64,000 nt of DNA from a virus (IMGVR_UViG_2974511964_000001:64001-128000), one strand, 5' to 3'. Shown: positions 20,176-30,386, counted from the first letter of the stretch. Numbers and translations: made by a program. Notes: generated by a model not told the origin, from the sequence alone.

Positions 20176-20805
20176 ATGGGATTATCAAATCGAGACAAGC
20201 GGATTTTAGCAAGTAAACAAATTTACATGAGCAGATATAGCTTTCCATATCATGAGATGGCTGAGTTTCTGAACTCCGATAAGTTTATTAATATGTCTAT
20301 TGGAGACATTATTGAAACACCTCAGCTAGGAGAGGGGTTGTACGTAGACTACATTAAACGTCCCAAGTTAAAGAGTCACCTTGATAAAGAATTTGTAGAA
20401 CTGTCTTTAACTAGTAAAAGACTAGACACTTTAAAATATTCTAACAAATGCATTTGTTGTGGGCTAGAAGGAGTAGCGTTTAATCCTAGTATGTCATCAT
20501 GTACTAAAGGGTACAGAGGGCATATTAACCTTTACAGCAATAAAGGAGTATTATTTACAGTTGACCATTTAAAACCCCACTCTCTGGGCGGACGAACAGA
20601 AGCAGATAATTTAGTAACTTGCTGTATTGAGTGTAATAACTTGAAGGGTTCAACCTACAAGCCGTGGAGCTGGATTCGAGAACAGATTTTAAGAAGTAAA
20701 GGCGATATTAATAAACTATCCAACCAGCTAACTGGTGGGGGCCATTCAACTAACTACTTAACAAGCGTTTACGAAAGAATTTTATGGGAGGAGGATAACA
20801 AATGA
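20176..20805 (+). CDS. HNH endonuclease
   Basis: CICCG...TVDHLKPHSLGGRTEADNLVTCCIECNNLKG. Confidence 0.9.
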   Translation: MGLSNRDKRILASKQIYMSRYSFPYHEMAEFLNSDKFINMSIGDIIETPQLGEGLYVDYIKRPKLKSHLDKEFVELSLTSKRLDTLKYSNKCICCGLEGVAFNPSMSSCTKGYRGHINLYSNKGVLFTVDHLKPHSLGGRTEADNLVTCCIECNNLKGSTYKPWSWIREQILRSKGDINKLSNQLTGGGHSTNYLTSVYERILWEEDNK

Positions 20806-21218
20806 GAGTTAAGGACACAAAAGTAGGTCAAAAATTATACCTTAATTACTATGATTCAGACAAGGACAAAGTGATTCAGAAAGAAGTGTATGCTACTAAG
20901 GTAAACACTCAGAGGCTCTATTTCAGTACTAATCCCCATACTGATAACCTTTCTTATCAGTGGGTGAAATCTTCTGGTAAGTACCCTAAGATATACCGAG
21001 CAAACTTTTTAGAAATGTATTATTTATCGGATATTCCAGAGTTCACCGGATACTGGGAAAAACATATCGAGCAACGAGCATACTACCATAAAACGTTGAC
21101 AGAAAAGCTTAATGCTATGCTAATGGAAGGTAACACTAAGAAGCTAAGATTAGTAGCGGATAAACTAGATTATATTGACAGATATACAACAAAAGATTAT
21201 TGGGAAGAAGGAAAATAA
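20802..21218 (+). CDS. Hypothetical protein
   Basis: ORF with SD GGAGGA. Confidence 0.75.
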   Translation: MRVKDTKVGQKLYLNYYDSDKDKVIQKEVYATKVNTQRLYFSTNPHTDNLSYQWVKSSGKYPKIYRANFLEMYYLSDIPEFTGYWEKHIEQRAYYHKTLTEKLNAMLMEGNTKKLRLVADKLDYIDRYTTKDYWEEGK

Positions 21219-21220
21219 TA

Positions 21221-21703
21221 ATGACAAATCAAAAGACAGCTTACTATGCCGGAGGTTGGTTTAATGATGTACAGTGTAAACTATTATCCGATGGAAAGAA
21301 AGCTTTAATTGCTAATTCTACAGTTGACTTTGACAACTCGTATGTACCATTAGAACATCAATATAAAGGGCTAGACGTTGATAGCCACCCTGAATTAATG
21401 CAAGACCAAGAATGGCAAGCTGGCACCTATCTAGGAGATGTATCAGGTATCTCTGGCACAGACTTAGTGGTAGCTTTTATTGACCCTGATGAAGTAGACC
21501 CCGGGACTACGTTTGAAATGGGATATGGTATGGCTATTCACAAGCCAGTGGTGGTTGTTATTCCAGATAAGCCAGAAGGAGAAGTTACCGAACTTAATCT
21601 AATGGTAGCCAAAGGATGTACCCAAGTAATCACAATGAGTGAATTAGTGACTTTTAACTTTAACCTTATTCCAGCTAAGCCATATTTAGGTAAAGTATTT
21701 TAA
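21221..21703 (+). CDS. ndt: Nucleoside 2'-deoxyribosyltransferase
   Basis: YYAGGWF, YVPLEHQY, D..GI..TD, DPGTTFEMGY, LNLMV; Lactobacillus-type. Confidence 0.92.
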   Translation: MTNQKTAYYAGGWFNDVQCKLLSDGKKALIANSTVDFDNSYVPLEHQYKGLDVDSHPELMQDQEWQAGTYLGDVSGISGTDLVVAFIDPDEVDPGTTFEMGYGMAIHKPVVVVIPDKPEGEVTELNLMVAKGCTQVITMSELVTFNFNLIPAKPYLGKVF

Positions 21704-21710
21704 ATAAATA

Positions 21711-21750
21711 TTGACAAAGCATATCAGAAATTGTATGCTTTTATTATAGA
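21711..21750 (+). promoter_or_regulatory. Hairpin promoter cassette
   Basis: TTGACA-17-TATGCT; AAAGCATA/TATGCTTT arms. Confidence 0.8.
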
Positions 21751-21765
21751 AAGAAGGAATAAAAT

Positions 21766-24156
21766 ATGAGAGTCATTTATTGTACAGTAGGAATGCCAGC
21801 ATCTGGCAAGAGTACATTTTTGAAGCATTCACCATTAAAAGATTATGTGGTTGCTACTGATGAGTTACGTAAACTGGTATCAACACCACAAATTAATTAT
21901 ACACCTGACACTGATGCAATTACTGTTGGGTTAAATAATGACATTAATAAAAAGATTTGGGATATGACTTATACACTGGTTGAGGATAGAATGAAGAACG
22001 GTGAAACTATTGCAGTTGATGCAACTTTTCTGTTTAAGTCTCCCTTCTCAACTATTAAAAAGTTATGTAAGCTATACAATTATCGTTTGATTACAATTGA
22101 TTTTATTAATACCGGATTATCTTTTGAACAATTATTAGACCGAAATAATAATATTGACCGAGTGCAAGAGCACAAGGATGTATCTTATGATACTATGAAG
22201 AAGTTCTGGAATCGCCAGCAGAATATCACTGTCCCTAACAACTGGAACATGATTAAACCCGAAGAGCTAGAACAATCATTAGCTTGGCACTGCTCCAATG
22301 TTGACAACTATAAACAAGTTATCGTTATTGGGGATATTCACAGTAGCTACACAGTATTAACTGCTGCTCTTAAAGACAATGACCCAATTGATAACCCTGA
22401 TAAGTTATATGTTTTCTTAGGGGACTACTTAGACCGAGGAACTAAACCAGCAGAAACATTCAAGTGGCTATATGAACGCAAGGATTTACCTAATATGGTT
22501 CTACTACGAGGTAACCATGAGTATCATTTAGAACACCACTACCAAGGACTACCTATCACTAATAGTGGTGCTCGTAAGGAAACAATTCCAGCATTATATA
22601 AAGCAGGTATTACTAAGGAAGATATTCGTAAGTTTGTCCGTAAGCTACAAGATGTTTACTATATTGAATATCATGGTCAAAAGTATTTATTCAGCCATGC
22701 TGGGGTTCCTACAACCCCTGAGTTTTTAAAGACAACCACAGGCATTCCACTATTTGTGGATACTAAAATTGGCTTAGAAGAAATTAACCTATTAGATGAA
22801 TCTGTGTTTACTAAGGGTATTGGTGGTTTTAAAATTAATCTAGAACAATACAATCATGATTATAGTAATAGCACGGTTTACCCAATTCAAATTCACGGCC
22901 ACCGCAATGTTCAGCTTAACAAGGCTAAGTGGGATAATACCATCAACCTAGAACAACAAGTAGATACTGGGGGTAACTTAGCCATGGTAGTGCTAACGGG
23001 TGATAAGCATGAGATTAAGCTGGTTAAAAATAACGACTTTGACTATGCCTACGCTACTGACAAGGCCGATATTGATTTAAATATCCTTAGTAATGAACAG
23101 GTTAAAGACATTATGGAAAGAACCAAAGGGATTAGACAGAAACGTGATGCTAGTGGATTAACTGCTAACAACTTTACCCCAGAAGTTTTTTATGGTGATA
23201 ATTTTAATAAGTTTAGTGTAACTGCCAGAGGTCTATTTACTGACAGCAATGGTGATGTGCAACTACGTGGGTTTAACAAGTTCTTTGTTCTCGACCAGCG
23301 TCCTGAAACCAAGCTAACCGCAGTGCTAAAGAATGCTAAATACCCTGTGGTTGCTGCTAAAAAGTACGATGGTCACTTATCCTTACTAGGGTGGTACGAC
23401 GGGAAGCCCCGTATGTTTACCAAGAGTGGCTCGACTAATCTAGCCAAGGTTGACTGGCATAACTTTAGTCGGTACCTGCACGATATTGATAGGTATACAT
23501 TCATGGAAGACTGGCTAAAATTGCATCAGAATAAGACGATTTTAATGGAGTCTCTTAACGAAGCCGAAGATGCTCACTTAGTGGATACTCATGGTAAGGT
23601 TGGCTTTAGATTGTTAGAAGTAATTGAAAATAAGTATGAGCCTACTGGTGGACGTAATTTCACAGATACTAACTTGCTAACCGCATTACTAGGGGAAACT
23701 GACAAATGCTACTTTAAGATGGCTGAACGGTATGAAATTGCTAATGACAGGGAATTAATGGAACTAATTAATAGTTCTAAACAAACTAACTACAAGTTGC
23801 CATTGGGTAGTTACTATCAAGGGATTGACCCAACTACTTATGAAGGTTGGGTATTGACATTTGCTGATGGTTTTAAGATTAAGGTTAAAAATGCCTATTT
23901 CTTAGCAATCAAAGAATTTCGTAATAAGCTAGAAGTGGCCTTAGATAACCCAATGTATTATAAGGGTAACGCTTGGAATAACCTAGTTGACCGCAGTTAT
24001 AATGAACAAGCTAAGCGATTATTAAGAGCTGTTGCTGGTAAAGAGTTTGCACCTTTCTTTGAAAATCGAGATAAAATGAGTAATATTGACCTACCACAAG
24101 CTTTGAAAGCTACTGGGCTAGACCATAATAAGATTGTTGAAATTGTGAGTGACTAA
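21766..24156 (+). CDS. Polynucleotide kinase - metallophosphatase - RNA ligase fusion (PNKP-like RNA repair enzyme)
   Basis: P-loop GMPASGKST and VDAT; GDIH, GDYLDRG, RGNHE, HGH; ligase ARGLF, KFF, KYDG, EGWV, KVK. Confidence 0.9.
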   Translation: MRVIYCTVGMPASGKSTFLKHSPLKDYVVATDELRKLVSTPQINYTPDTDAITVGLNNDINKKIWDMTYTLVEDRMKNGETIAVDATFLFKSPFSTIKKLCKLYNYRLITIDFINTGLSFEQLLDRNNNIDRVQEHKDVSYDTMKKFWNRQQNITVPNNWNMIKPEELEQSLAWHCSNVDNYKQVIVIGDIHSSYTVLTAALKDNDPIDNPDKLYVFLGDYLDRGTKPAETFKWLYERKDLPNMVLLRGNHEYHLEHHYQGLPITNSGARKETIPALYKAGITKEDIRKFVRKLQDVYYIEYHGQKYLFSHAGVPTTPEFLKTTTGIPLFVDTKIGLEEINLLDESVFTKGIGGFKINLEQYNHDYSNSTVYPIQIHGHRNVQLNKAKWDNTINLEQQVDTGGNLAMVVLTGDKHEIKLVKNNDFDYAYATDKADIDLNILSNEQVKDIMERTKGIRQKRDASGLTANNFTPEVFYGDNFNKFSVTARGLFTDSNGDVQLRGFNKFFVLDQRPETKLTAVLKNAKYPVVAAKKYDGHLSLLGWYDGKPRMFTKSGSTNLAKVDWHNFSRYLHDIDRYTFMEDWLKLHQNKTILMESLNEAEDAHLVDTHGKVGFRLLEVIENKYEPTGGRNFTDTNLLTALLGETDKCYFKMAERYEIANDRELMELINSSKQTNYKLPLGSYYQGIDPTTYEGWVLTFADGFKIKVKNAYFLAIKEFRNKLEVALDNPMYYKGNAWNNLVDRSYNEQAKRLLRAVAGKEFAPFFENRDKMSNIDLPQALKATGLDHNKIVEIVSD

Positions 24157-24170
24157 ATTAAAATAATGTA

Positions 24171-24210
24171 TTGACAAAGGATACCATAGATGGTATCCTT
24201 TTATTATAGA
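24171..24210 (+). promoter_or_regulatory. Hairpin promoter cassette
   Basis: Near-identical to the 3777 copy over about 50 bp. Confidence 0.85.
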
Positions 24211-24231
24211 AAAAGAAAGAAGGATACTAGT

Positions 24232-24663
24232 ATGAGTAAATATGTAATTGCGTTAAATGAAGACGTTGAAATTTTAGATGGTGAACAGTATGACACGCTA
24301 GATGATGCAAAGGGTGTTGCTACTTCAATTTTAAAACAGCTAAGTTCTGATACCTCCAAGACTCTTGATGACTATGAAGACTTAGTATGCGAATATCTAG
24401 CTGATGAAGACGAAACTGTTGACAGTTTAACAATTTTAGAGATTACCCCAGCTTGTTTCCCTGATTTTGGGGATATGATTTTAGATGGGCTAGCGGATTA
24501 TAGTATCAGTGAAGGCAATATTGATGAGGAATACCCGGAAGCCACAAGTAAAGAACAAGATGAATTAAATGAACTCGTAACCAAGTGGATGACTGAAAAA
24601 GGATATACCCCTAACTGGTATAACACAGAATCTGTATGTTTAGTAGAATTGGAGGAAAAATAA
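24232..24663 (+). CDS. Acidic hypothetical protein
   Basis: ATG after SD GAAGGA. Confidence 0.75.
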   Translation: MSKYVIALNEDVEILDGEQYDTLDDAKGVATSILKQLSSDTSKTLDDYEDLVCEYLADEDETVDSLTILEITPACFPDFGDMILDGLADYSISEGNIDEEYPEATSKEQDELNELVTKWMTEKGYTPNWYNTESVCLVELEEK

Positions 24664-24664
24664 A

Positions 24665-24946
24665 ATGAAAATTAATGACAACCGTAATGATGACTGGAAG
24701 CTCGGGGATGTTTTATATGATAATATTTCTGAAAATTACTATTTAATTGCAAGCTACAAGCACGAAATAGGATTAGTTAATTTAGAAAGCGGGATTTCTG
24801 TGCTATCCCATAATCATGATGAATATCGTACTATCATTAACTCAGATAATTCAAATAAAAATGTGGTAAAACAAATTTTGAAACATTACAATGGAAAAGA
24901 AGATTTAGTTAAGATTGACAATGCTTACTTGAATGTGGAGGATTAA
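24665..24946 (+). CDS. Hypothetical protein (DWKxGD beta-domain family)
   Basis: Paralog of the next ORF. Confidence 0.7.
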   Translation: MKINDNRNDDWKLGDVLYDNISENYYLIASYKHEIGLVNLESGISVLSHNHDEYRTIINSDNSNKNVVKQILKHYNGKEDLVKIDNAYLNVED

Positions 24947-24950
24947 TAAA

Positions 24951-25238
24951 ATGAAAATTGATTATGATAATGCTAAACACGATAATGATAAATATAATAC
25001 TGCTAAACAGGATTGGAAAGTAGGGGACATAATCCAAGATGACCTCATTGGCGGCGGTTTGTTTATGGTAGCTGAGGTTCCTATTGATGACTATGTTCTC
25101 TATACGTTGATTAATTTAGAAGAAGGGCGTAGCTTGGTATGTACTAATACTGTTAGTGAACTACAACAAACCTATCAGGAAAAGGGTGATAGGGTTCTTA
25201 ACGGGACTTTTAAGTATATTGGTGGGGATGACAAGTAA
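24951..25238 (+). CDS. Hypothetical protein (DWKxGD beta-domain family)
   Basis: DWKVGDII...LINLEEG; SD GGAGGA. Confidence 0.7.
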   Translation: MKIDYDNAKHDNDKYNTAKQDWKVGDIIQDDLIGGGLFMVAEVPIDDYVLYTLINLEEGRSLVCTNTVSELQQTYQEKGDRVLNGTFKYIGGDDK

Positions 25239-25305
25239 GGAGTAATTTTATGTATAAAATTAGGATGACTGATAAAGCTCATAAAGTGTTTGGTGAGGTT
25301 AAATA

Positions 25306-25494
25306 ATGAGCTGGTTTAATAGAAATAAAAATTGTCCGTATTGTACTCAAACAATGCCTTTTATGAGTAGGGAAGGGATTGAGTTGAGGATTGTATATGG
25401 TAACCAACTATTTACAAGTTATGAAAGTAAACAGATTAATATCACTATTAACTATTGCCCAATGTGTGGTAGAAAGCTGATGGGAGTTAAATAA
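25306..25494 (+). CDS. Small zinc-finger protein
   Basis: CPYC...INYCPMCGRKL. Confidence 0.7.
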   Translation: MSWFNRNKNCPYCTQTMPFMSREGIELRIVYGNQLFTSYESKQINITINYCPMCGRKLMGVK

Positions 25495-25880
25495 TGGAAC
25501 AGCTAGATTTATTTGATACAACAACTAGTACAACTACTAAGAAGGTTACCCGTAAGCGTAAACGTAAGGTTAAGGTAACCACTACCACCACCACTACCAC
25601 TACACAGCCTATCAACCAGCTACTTGTTGATGAAGAGTCAAAGCTAAAAGAACTGTTATCTCAGCCCAAACAATTCGATGCTCTGAGAGGGGCTATAAGC
25701 TGGTTTAAGTCCAAACAGTATACTTGGTACTGTAACACGGTAGAACGTCCTGAGCGAGCTCTGAGGGGTCTTCAAAGCCATTTGAACGTGTCTGACGATA
25801 AATTTTATAAGATGTTGCTTAATGACAAGGTAATGGTAGGGTTAGCAAAAGGAACCTATTTAGTTTATTATAAAAAATGA
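25494..25880 (+). CDS. Hypothetical protein with Thr/Lys-rich N-terminus
   Basis: TTTSTTTKKVTRKRKRKVKVTTTTTTTTT. Confidence 0.7.
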   Translation: MEQLDLFDTTTSTTTKKVTRKRKRKVKVTTTTTTTTTQPINQLLVDEESKLKELLSQPKQFDALRGAISWFKSKQYTWYCNTVERPERALRGLQSHLNVSDDKFYKMLLNDKVMVGLAKGTYLVYYKK

Positions 25881-25881
25881 G

Positions 25882-27205
25882 TTGACAAAGCATATCAGAA
25901 ATGGTATGCTTAATACATAGATTAAATTGAAAAGAGGTGATAAAATGTATAAAGCATATAAAATTAGAATTTACCCTAATAGACAACAAGAAACACAAAT
26001 ATTATTAACATTTGGTCATACTAGATTTGTTTGGAACCAAATGTTAGCCATGCAACTAGAACGCTATAAGAATGGTGGTAAGTTTGTTAATGCTTTTGGT
26101 ATGAACTACCTATTGACGCAGTTAAAAAAGGAGTACTCGTGGCTAACTGAATCTCCTAATCAAAGCTTACAGCAGGTATGCAAAGACTTATCAGATGCTT
26201 TTAAAAATCTGTTTGGACATAGAGCGAATAAACCAAAGTATAAGAGTAGAAAATACCCAAAGCAGAGTTATAGGTGTAACCAGAGGATATCGTTAGTAGA
26301 CGGTCACCATATCAAGCTACCAAAACTTAAGACTGTGTACTACCGTTCTGGTAAAGAAATTAAAGGAAAAATTAAAAGTGTAACTATTCGTAAATCACCA
26401 ACAGGTAAATATTATGCTAGCGTTCTGACTGAAATAGAGATTAAACCTTTAGCGAAAACCAAACAAGAGGTTGGAATTGATATGGGAGTTAAGGATTTAG
26501 CAATTACTAGTGATGGTACTAAATACAGAACTATCCGCTTTGATAAGTTATTAGCTGATAAGAAGCATTATTGGGAAGTACGGTTAGCAAGACGCCAAGC
26601 GTTAGCTAAGAAAGAAATAGCATGGGATAAACACAATAGAGTATTAGAACCCAGAGAGTTATCAGATTTTAGCAACTATATGAAAGCCAAACTAATGGTA
26701 GCTAAGTACAGTGAGAAGATAGCTAATCAAAGGAAAGACTATCTTCATAAGATTAGTACTGAGTTAGTAAACCAGTATGATGTTATCAAGGTTGAAGATT
26801 TGAAAGCTAGCAATATGATGAAAAATCACAAGCTATCACGAGCGATTGCTAATCAATCATGGAGAGAGCTACGTTTGATGTTAGAATACAAGTGTGAGTG
26901 GTATGGTAAAAAATTAGTGGTTGTTAGCCCATACAAAACCAGTCAAATTTGTTCATCATGTGGATATGATGATGGCAAACATACCCTAGATGTTAGAGAA
27001 TGGGTTTGTCCTAATTGTGGAGCTAAGCATGATAGAGATATCAATGCAGCTAAGAACATTCTAAAAGCAGAAGCAAAGTAGAAACACAATGTAAGGCTAG
27101 GGACTAGCCGTGGTAAAATAGTTATAGCCTCTGTATACTGCTAGTTTAGGGTATATAAGTTGTAATGTTCCCAGAAGCTCGTTACTTTAGCAACGAGTAG
27201 TTCAT
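25882..27205 (+). mobile_element. IS200/IS605-family (IS1341-like) tnpB-only element, copy 1
   Basis: Hairpin promoter, tnpB and a ~125-nt conserved 3' end; no tnpA; flanks shared with copy 2. Confidence 0.8.
25945..27081 (+). CDS. tnpB: TnpB RNA-guided nuclease
   Basis: KAYKIRIYPN HTH; RuvC GIDMG, VEDL, HDRDINAAKN; zinc finger CSSC/CPNC. Confidence 0.95.
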   Translation: MYKAYKIRIYPNRQQETQILLTFGHTRFVWNQMLAMQLERYKNGGKFVNAFGMNYLLTQLKKEYSWLTESPNQSLQQVCKDLSDAFKNLFGHRANKPKYKSRKYPKQSYRCNQRISLVDGHHIKLPKLKTVYYRSGKEIKGKIKSVTIRKSPTGKYYASVLTEIEIKPLAKTKQEVGIDMGVKDLAITSDGTKYRTIRFDKLLADKKHYWEVRLARRQALAKKEIAWDKHNRVLEPRELSDFSNYMKAKLMVAKYSEKIANQRKDYLHKISTELVNQYDVIKVEDLKASNMMKNHKLSRAIANQSWRELRLMLEYKCEWYGKKLVVVSPYKTSQICSSCGYDDGKHTLDVREWVCPNCGAKHDRDINAAKNILKAEAK

Positions 27206-27225
27206 CAATCGTGCTATGCAGGAAG
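27082..27225 (+). ncRNA. TnpB omega/reRNA scaffold plus guide (guide ~27206-27225)
   Basis: Conserved with 32677-32803; hairpins GGCTAG/CTAGCC and CTCGTT/AACGAG; ends GTAGTTCAT, then diverges. Confidence 0.75.
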
Positions 27226-27257
27226 CTAATCACATCCGAAGAGAGGGTAGGGTAATT

Positions 27258-27593
27258 ATGCATAATTATGGTAGGACTAATAAATTTAAAACTGTTAAAA
27301 CAAAGAGCCTTAAAAATTACACCGGTATTAATGATGCCACAGGTGAACCAATCTATGTTGGGGATGTCGTTGAAAGAGTGCTTGATATGAGGAATGCATA
27401 CTCAGCAGGAGAAAATAGAGATAAAGAGAAATTCCCGGACTTTGATAAGATGGGTGAACCATTTAAGGTTAAGCGTGATTGCTACTTGTACGGCCATTGG
27501 ATTGCTAAAAGTGTAGCTGATGGCGACAAATTTGGTGTAGATGGGTTCCACTTTGGTAAAGAATTACTAAAAGTAAATGGAGGAAACAAATAA
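27258..27593 (+). CDS. YopX-like protein
   Basis: YTGINDATGEPIYVGDVV. Confidence 0.6.
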   Translation: MHNYGRTNKFKTVKTKSLKNYTGINDATGEPIYVGDVVERVLDMRNAYSAGENRDKEKFPDFDKMGEPFKVKRDCYLYGHWIAKSVADGDKFGVDGFHFGKELLKVNGGNK

Positions 27594-28711
27594 TGAAAGT
27601 AATTAGTACAGATAAAGCGACCTTCCGATTAATGGCCGGGGATGACTTAGTAGTAACAGATAACTTACCAGTAGGAACATACGAAGTGCAATTTTCTATG
27701 CGGCAAGGATATTGGTTAACTAAGCGAGATAATTTTGCTATTGGTAACAAGAAAGTATATGGCAACCAGCCAGAACGGATTAAGAAGATTTTTCATAACT
27801 TTAATAAACGTGATTCTAACTTAGGCGTTATGCTATCAGGAACTAAAGGTATGGGTAAAACTTTGTTCTCTAAGATGGTAGCTCAGGAAGCTATTAAAGA
27901 AGGTATCCCAGTAATTAATGTGGGTAACAATTATCCCGGTATTACTGATTTCTTAGATTCGATTAAGCAGGAAGCATTGGTTTTAATTGATGAATTTGAA
28001 AAACGATTCCCAGCTGATAGTGATGATAGTGATGGTCCTACTCAAAATGACTTCTTAACATTGTTAGATGGGACAGCATCTGCTAAGCATCTCTATGTAG
28101 CAACTGTGAACAATTTGCAACGGATTAATGAGTATCTAATTAACCGTCCGGGTCGTTTCTACTATCATTTTCGATTCAACTATCCTAGCTATGAAGAAGT
28201 TACTGCTTTGTTAAATGATGCAATTTCTGATGAAAACAAGGATAAAATCCCTGAGGTTCAGCGGTTAACCTCTAGTGTTAGCCTAAACTATGATGCTTTG
28301 TTAGCAATTGCTAATGAAATTAACGAAGGCTACGGTGTTAAAGATACTATTAGTGACTTAAACATTCAAGCTGATGGTAATTATGAAAGCTACAAAGCTA
28401 TGGTTACTTTTAAGAATGGTGAAACCTTTACAGTAAAGGCTTCTAATTCTAATGATGAAAGCACCATGTCAGTGTACGGGAAAGGCAATCAAACACCTAG
28501 GGAATGGTCAGCTAAACTCGAATTAGGTAAAGGAACTGTTAAACCTGATGGGACTATTGTATTCCTAAACAATGGTAAGGGTATTAGAAGTGCTAAGTAT
28601 GACGATGTGGGTAATAGCGATGAATGGAACGATACCTCTGAAAACCCGATTACTAAGGTTTTATTAAAGCGAGATGTTAAGGACAGTTATGCATTCAATC
28701 AGTTTTACTAG
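27593..28711 (+). CDS. AAA+ ATPase
   Basis: GTKGMGKT, LIDEFEK, LLDG, NRPGRF. Confidence 0.9.
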   Translation: MKVISTDKATFRLMAGDDLVVTDNLPVGTYEVQFSMRQGYWLTKRDNFAIGNKKVYGNQPERIKKIFHNFNKRDSNLGVMLSGTKGMGKTLFSKMVAQEAIKEGIPVINVGNNYPGITDFLDSIKQEALVLIDEFEKRFPADSDDSDGPTQNDFLTLLDGTASAKHLYVATVNNLQRINEYLINRPGRFYYHFRFNYPSYEEVTALLNDAISDENKDKIPEVQRLTSSVSLNYDALLAIANEINEGYGVKDTISDLNIQADGNYESYKAMVTFKNGETFTVKASNSNDESTMSVYGKGNQTPREWSAKLELGKGTVKPDGTIVFLNNGKGIRSAKYDDVGNSDEWNDTSENPITKVLLKRDVKDSYAFNQFY

Positions 28712-28726
28712 AATTTAAAATAAGTG

Positions 28727-28766
28727 TTGACAAGGGATACCAGAGATGGTATCCTTTTAATATAGA
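28727..28766 (+). promoter_or_regulatory. Hairpin promoter cassette
   Basis: TTGACA-17-TATCCT; GGATACC/GGTATCC arms. Confidence 0.8.
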
Positions 28767-28782
28767 AGGAGGGTATTACTTA

Positions 28783-29529
28783 ATGTTTAAATGGGTTAAG
28801 AAAGTAATGAATATCGGTGACAATAATAGCAATAATGACTTAAATGACAAAGGCTTACAGAGTGATTTAAATGACCTATATATTGTCTATGATAAAGTGA
28901 TTAATGATAAGCGCTTTGGCACTTGGGAAGACTCTTATGACTACCTAGAATCGTATGAGATTAAGAACATTATTTCTGATAGTATGAAGCTTACTAGCAA
29001 TCACCCAGAACTATTATTGCATTTGGGTAAGCTTAATGAGTCTGTATTTCAACTAAAGATGGCTACTACTGCTTTACTAGACATTTATGATAATAAGGAT
29101 AGCCTAGCTAAAGATGTGTATAAGCAACAGAAAAATGATGCAAAAGATGTTATTAACAAATTAGTACAGCGGATTGTAGACATTAATAAGACACTTTCTG
29201 GTATGTATAGAGATGATAACTCGTCTACCATTAGCTTTTTAAAGAAACAGATGGGTATAACTGTTGACAATCCCCAAGAAGAATATGAGAAATTTTATGA
29301 CTGGCTAGTTGTTGAGAAGTATCCCCGTCTGAACCCGGTCATTAAGTATTTATTGTTAGGAGCTAAGAAGGGTTACTATAGTGCAGATACACTAGAATCT
29401 GTCTTGTCAAATAACCCTACAATAGATGACCTAAAGAAAATAGTGGAATATCTTATTAATACTGATAATGACAATGAATTACGTATTAAGCTAAGAGACA
29501 AGGATTATGACGAGATTGTAAATTTTTAA
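28783..29529 (+). CDS. Helical hypothetical protein, N-terminal part of a probably frameshifted gene
   Basis: SD AGGAGG; ends at A AAT TTT TAA with the -1 frame open into the next ORF. Confidence 0.7.
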   Translation: MFKWVKKVMNIGDNNSNNDLNDKGLQSDLNDLYIVYDKVINDKRFGTWEDSYDYLESYEIKNIISDSMKLTSNHPELLLHLGKLNESVFQLKMATTALLDIYDNKDSLAKDVYKQQKNDAKDVINKLVQRIVDINKTLSGMYRDDNSSTISFLKKQMGITVDNPQEEYEKFYDWLVVEKYPRLNPVIKYLLLGAKKGYYSADTLESVLSNNPTIDDLKKIVEYLINTDNDNELRIKLRDKDYDEIVNF

Positions 29530-29600
29530 CTAAGGGAAGACGAGCTATCTTCACTAAGCTTAATGGTACTGGTGTATTCCCTACAGTAACGCCTACCTTA

Positions 29601-30386
29601 GTGCCGGATAGTTTCTTAGCCTTTGACGAGGCTAACAGTTACTTAGATAAACAGCAACGCTCATTAGACTATTTGGACCGTATTCAAAAATTGGCAGTGA
29701 TTACTAAAACTAGTATTGACATTAATAATACAAATGGGTATAATAGAGCAGTATATATTAATAAATTAAATCATCTTAGTAAGCTACCAACAACTAGTAT
29801 TGTGTTTACTAAATCAGCTCTTAAAGAACATGTGGGTAAGCCTATAAGTGTAGCTGAGTTTAAAGACTTAGCTGATGAGCTGAATAGTGATGATGACAGT
29901 ATGCAAGTGTCAGTTGAAAGTCAAGTTGGGCTACTAATAGTAGAACCACAATCCCAAGCAGAAGCTATGCGTAAACTTATTCGTAAATTTTGGGAACAAG
30001 GACATACCATGAATGGCGATTGGAAGGTTCCAATTGTTTCAGGTCAAGATGCTAAGTTTGTTAATATGAACATAAGCATGGGTGAGTCGAAAGGTGTAAC
30101 GAGTGACCAAGCCGAAGACCTTTATGAGCAAGTAAAGAAATTAACTAATGACCCAGAGTATGAAAGACAAATTGACAATAGGATTGAAAAAGCATACGCC
30201 AATAAACTGCGCTCTGATAAGTTTTTAAGAGAAGAAGACTTTACGGTATACCCTGAGTTCATGGATGGCACAAATAAGCAGATAGAGCATGCAGCGCAAC
30301 ACAATATTGATGCTATTAATAGTGTATTTCATACTAATACTGCTAAATTTGTAAATACTAAAGAAGAAAAGGATGAAGAATATTGA
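29601..30386 (+). CDS. Hypothetical protein, C-terminal part of the frameshifted gene; contains a portal-like segment
   Basis: No SD before the GTG; frame is open from 29511. Confidence 0.65.
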   Translation: MPDSFLAFDEANSYLDKQQRSLDYLDRIQKLAVITKTSIDINNTNGYNRAVYINKLNHLSKLPTTSIVFTKSALKEHVGKPISVAEFKDLADELNSDDDSMQVSVESQVGLLIVEPQSQAEAMRKLIRKFWEQGHTMNGDWKVPIVSGQDAKFVNMNISMGESKGVTSDQAEDLYEQVKKLTNDPEYERQIDNRIEKAYANKLRSDKFLREEDFTVYPEFMDGTNKQIEHAAQHNIDAINSVFHTNTAKFVNTKEEKDEEY

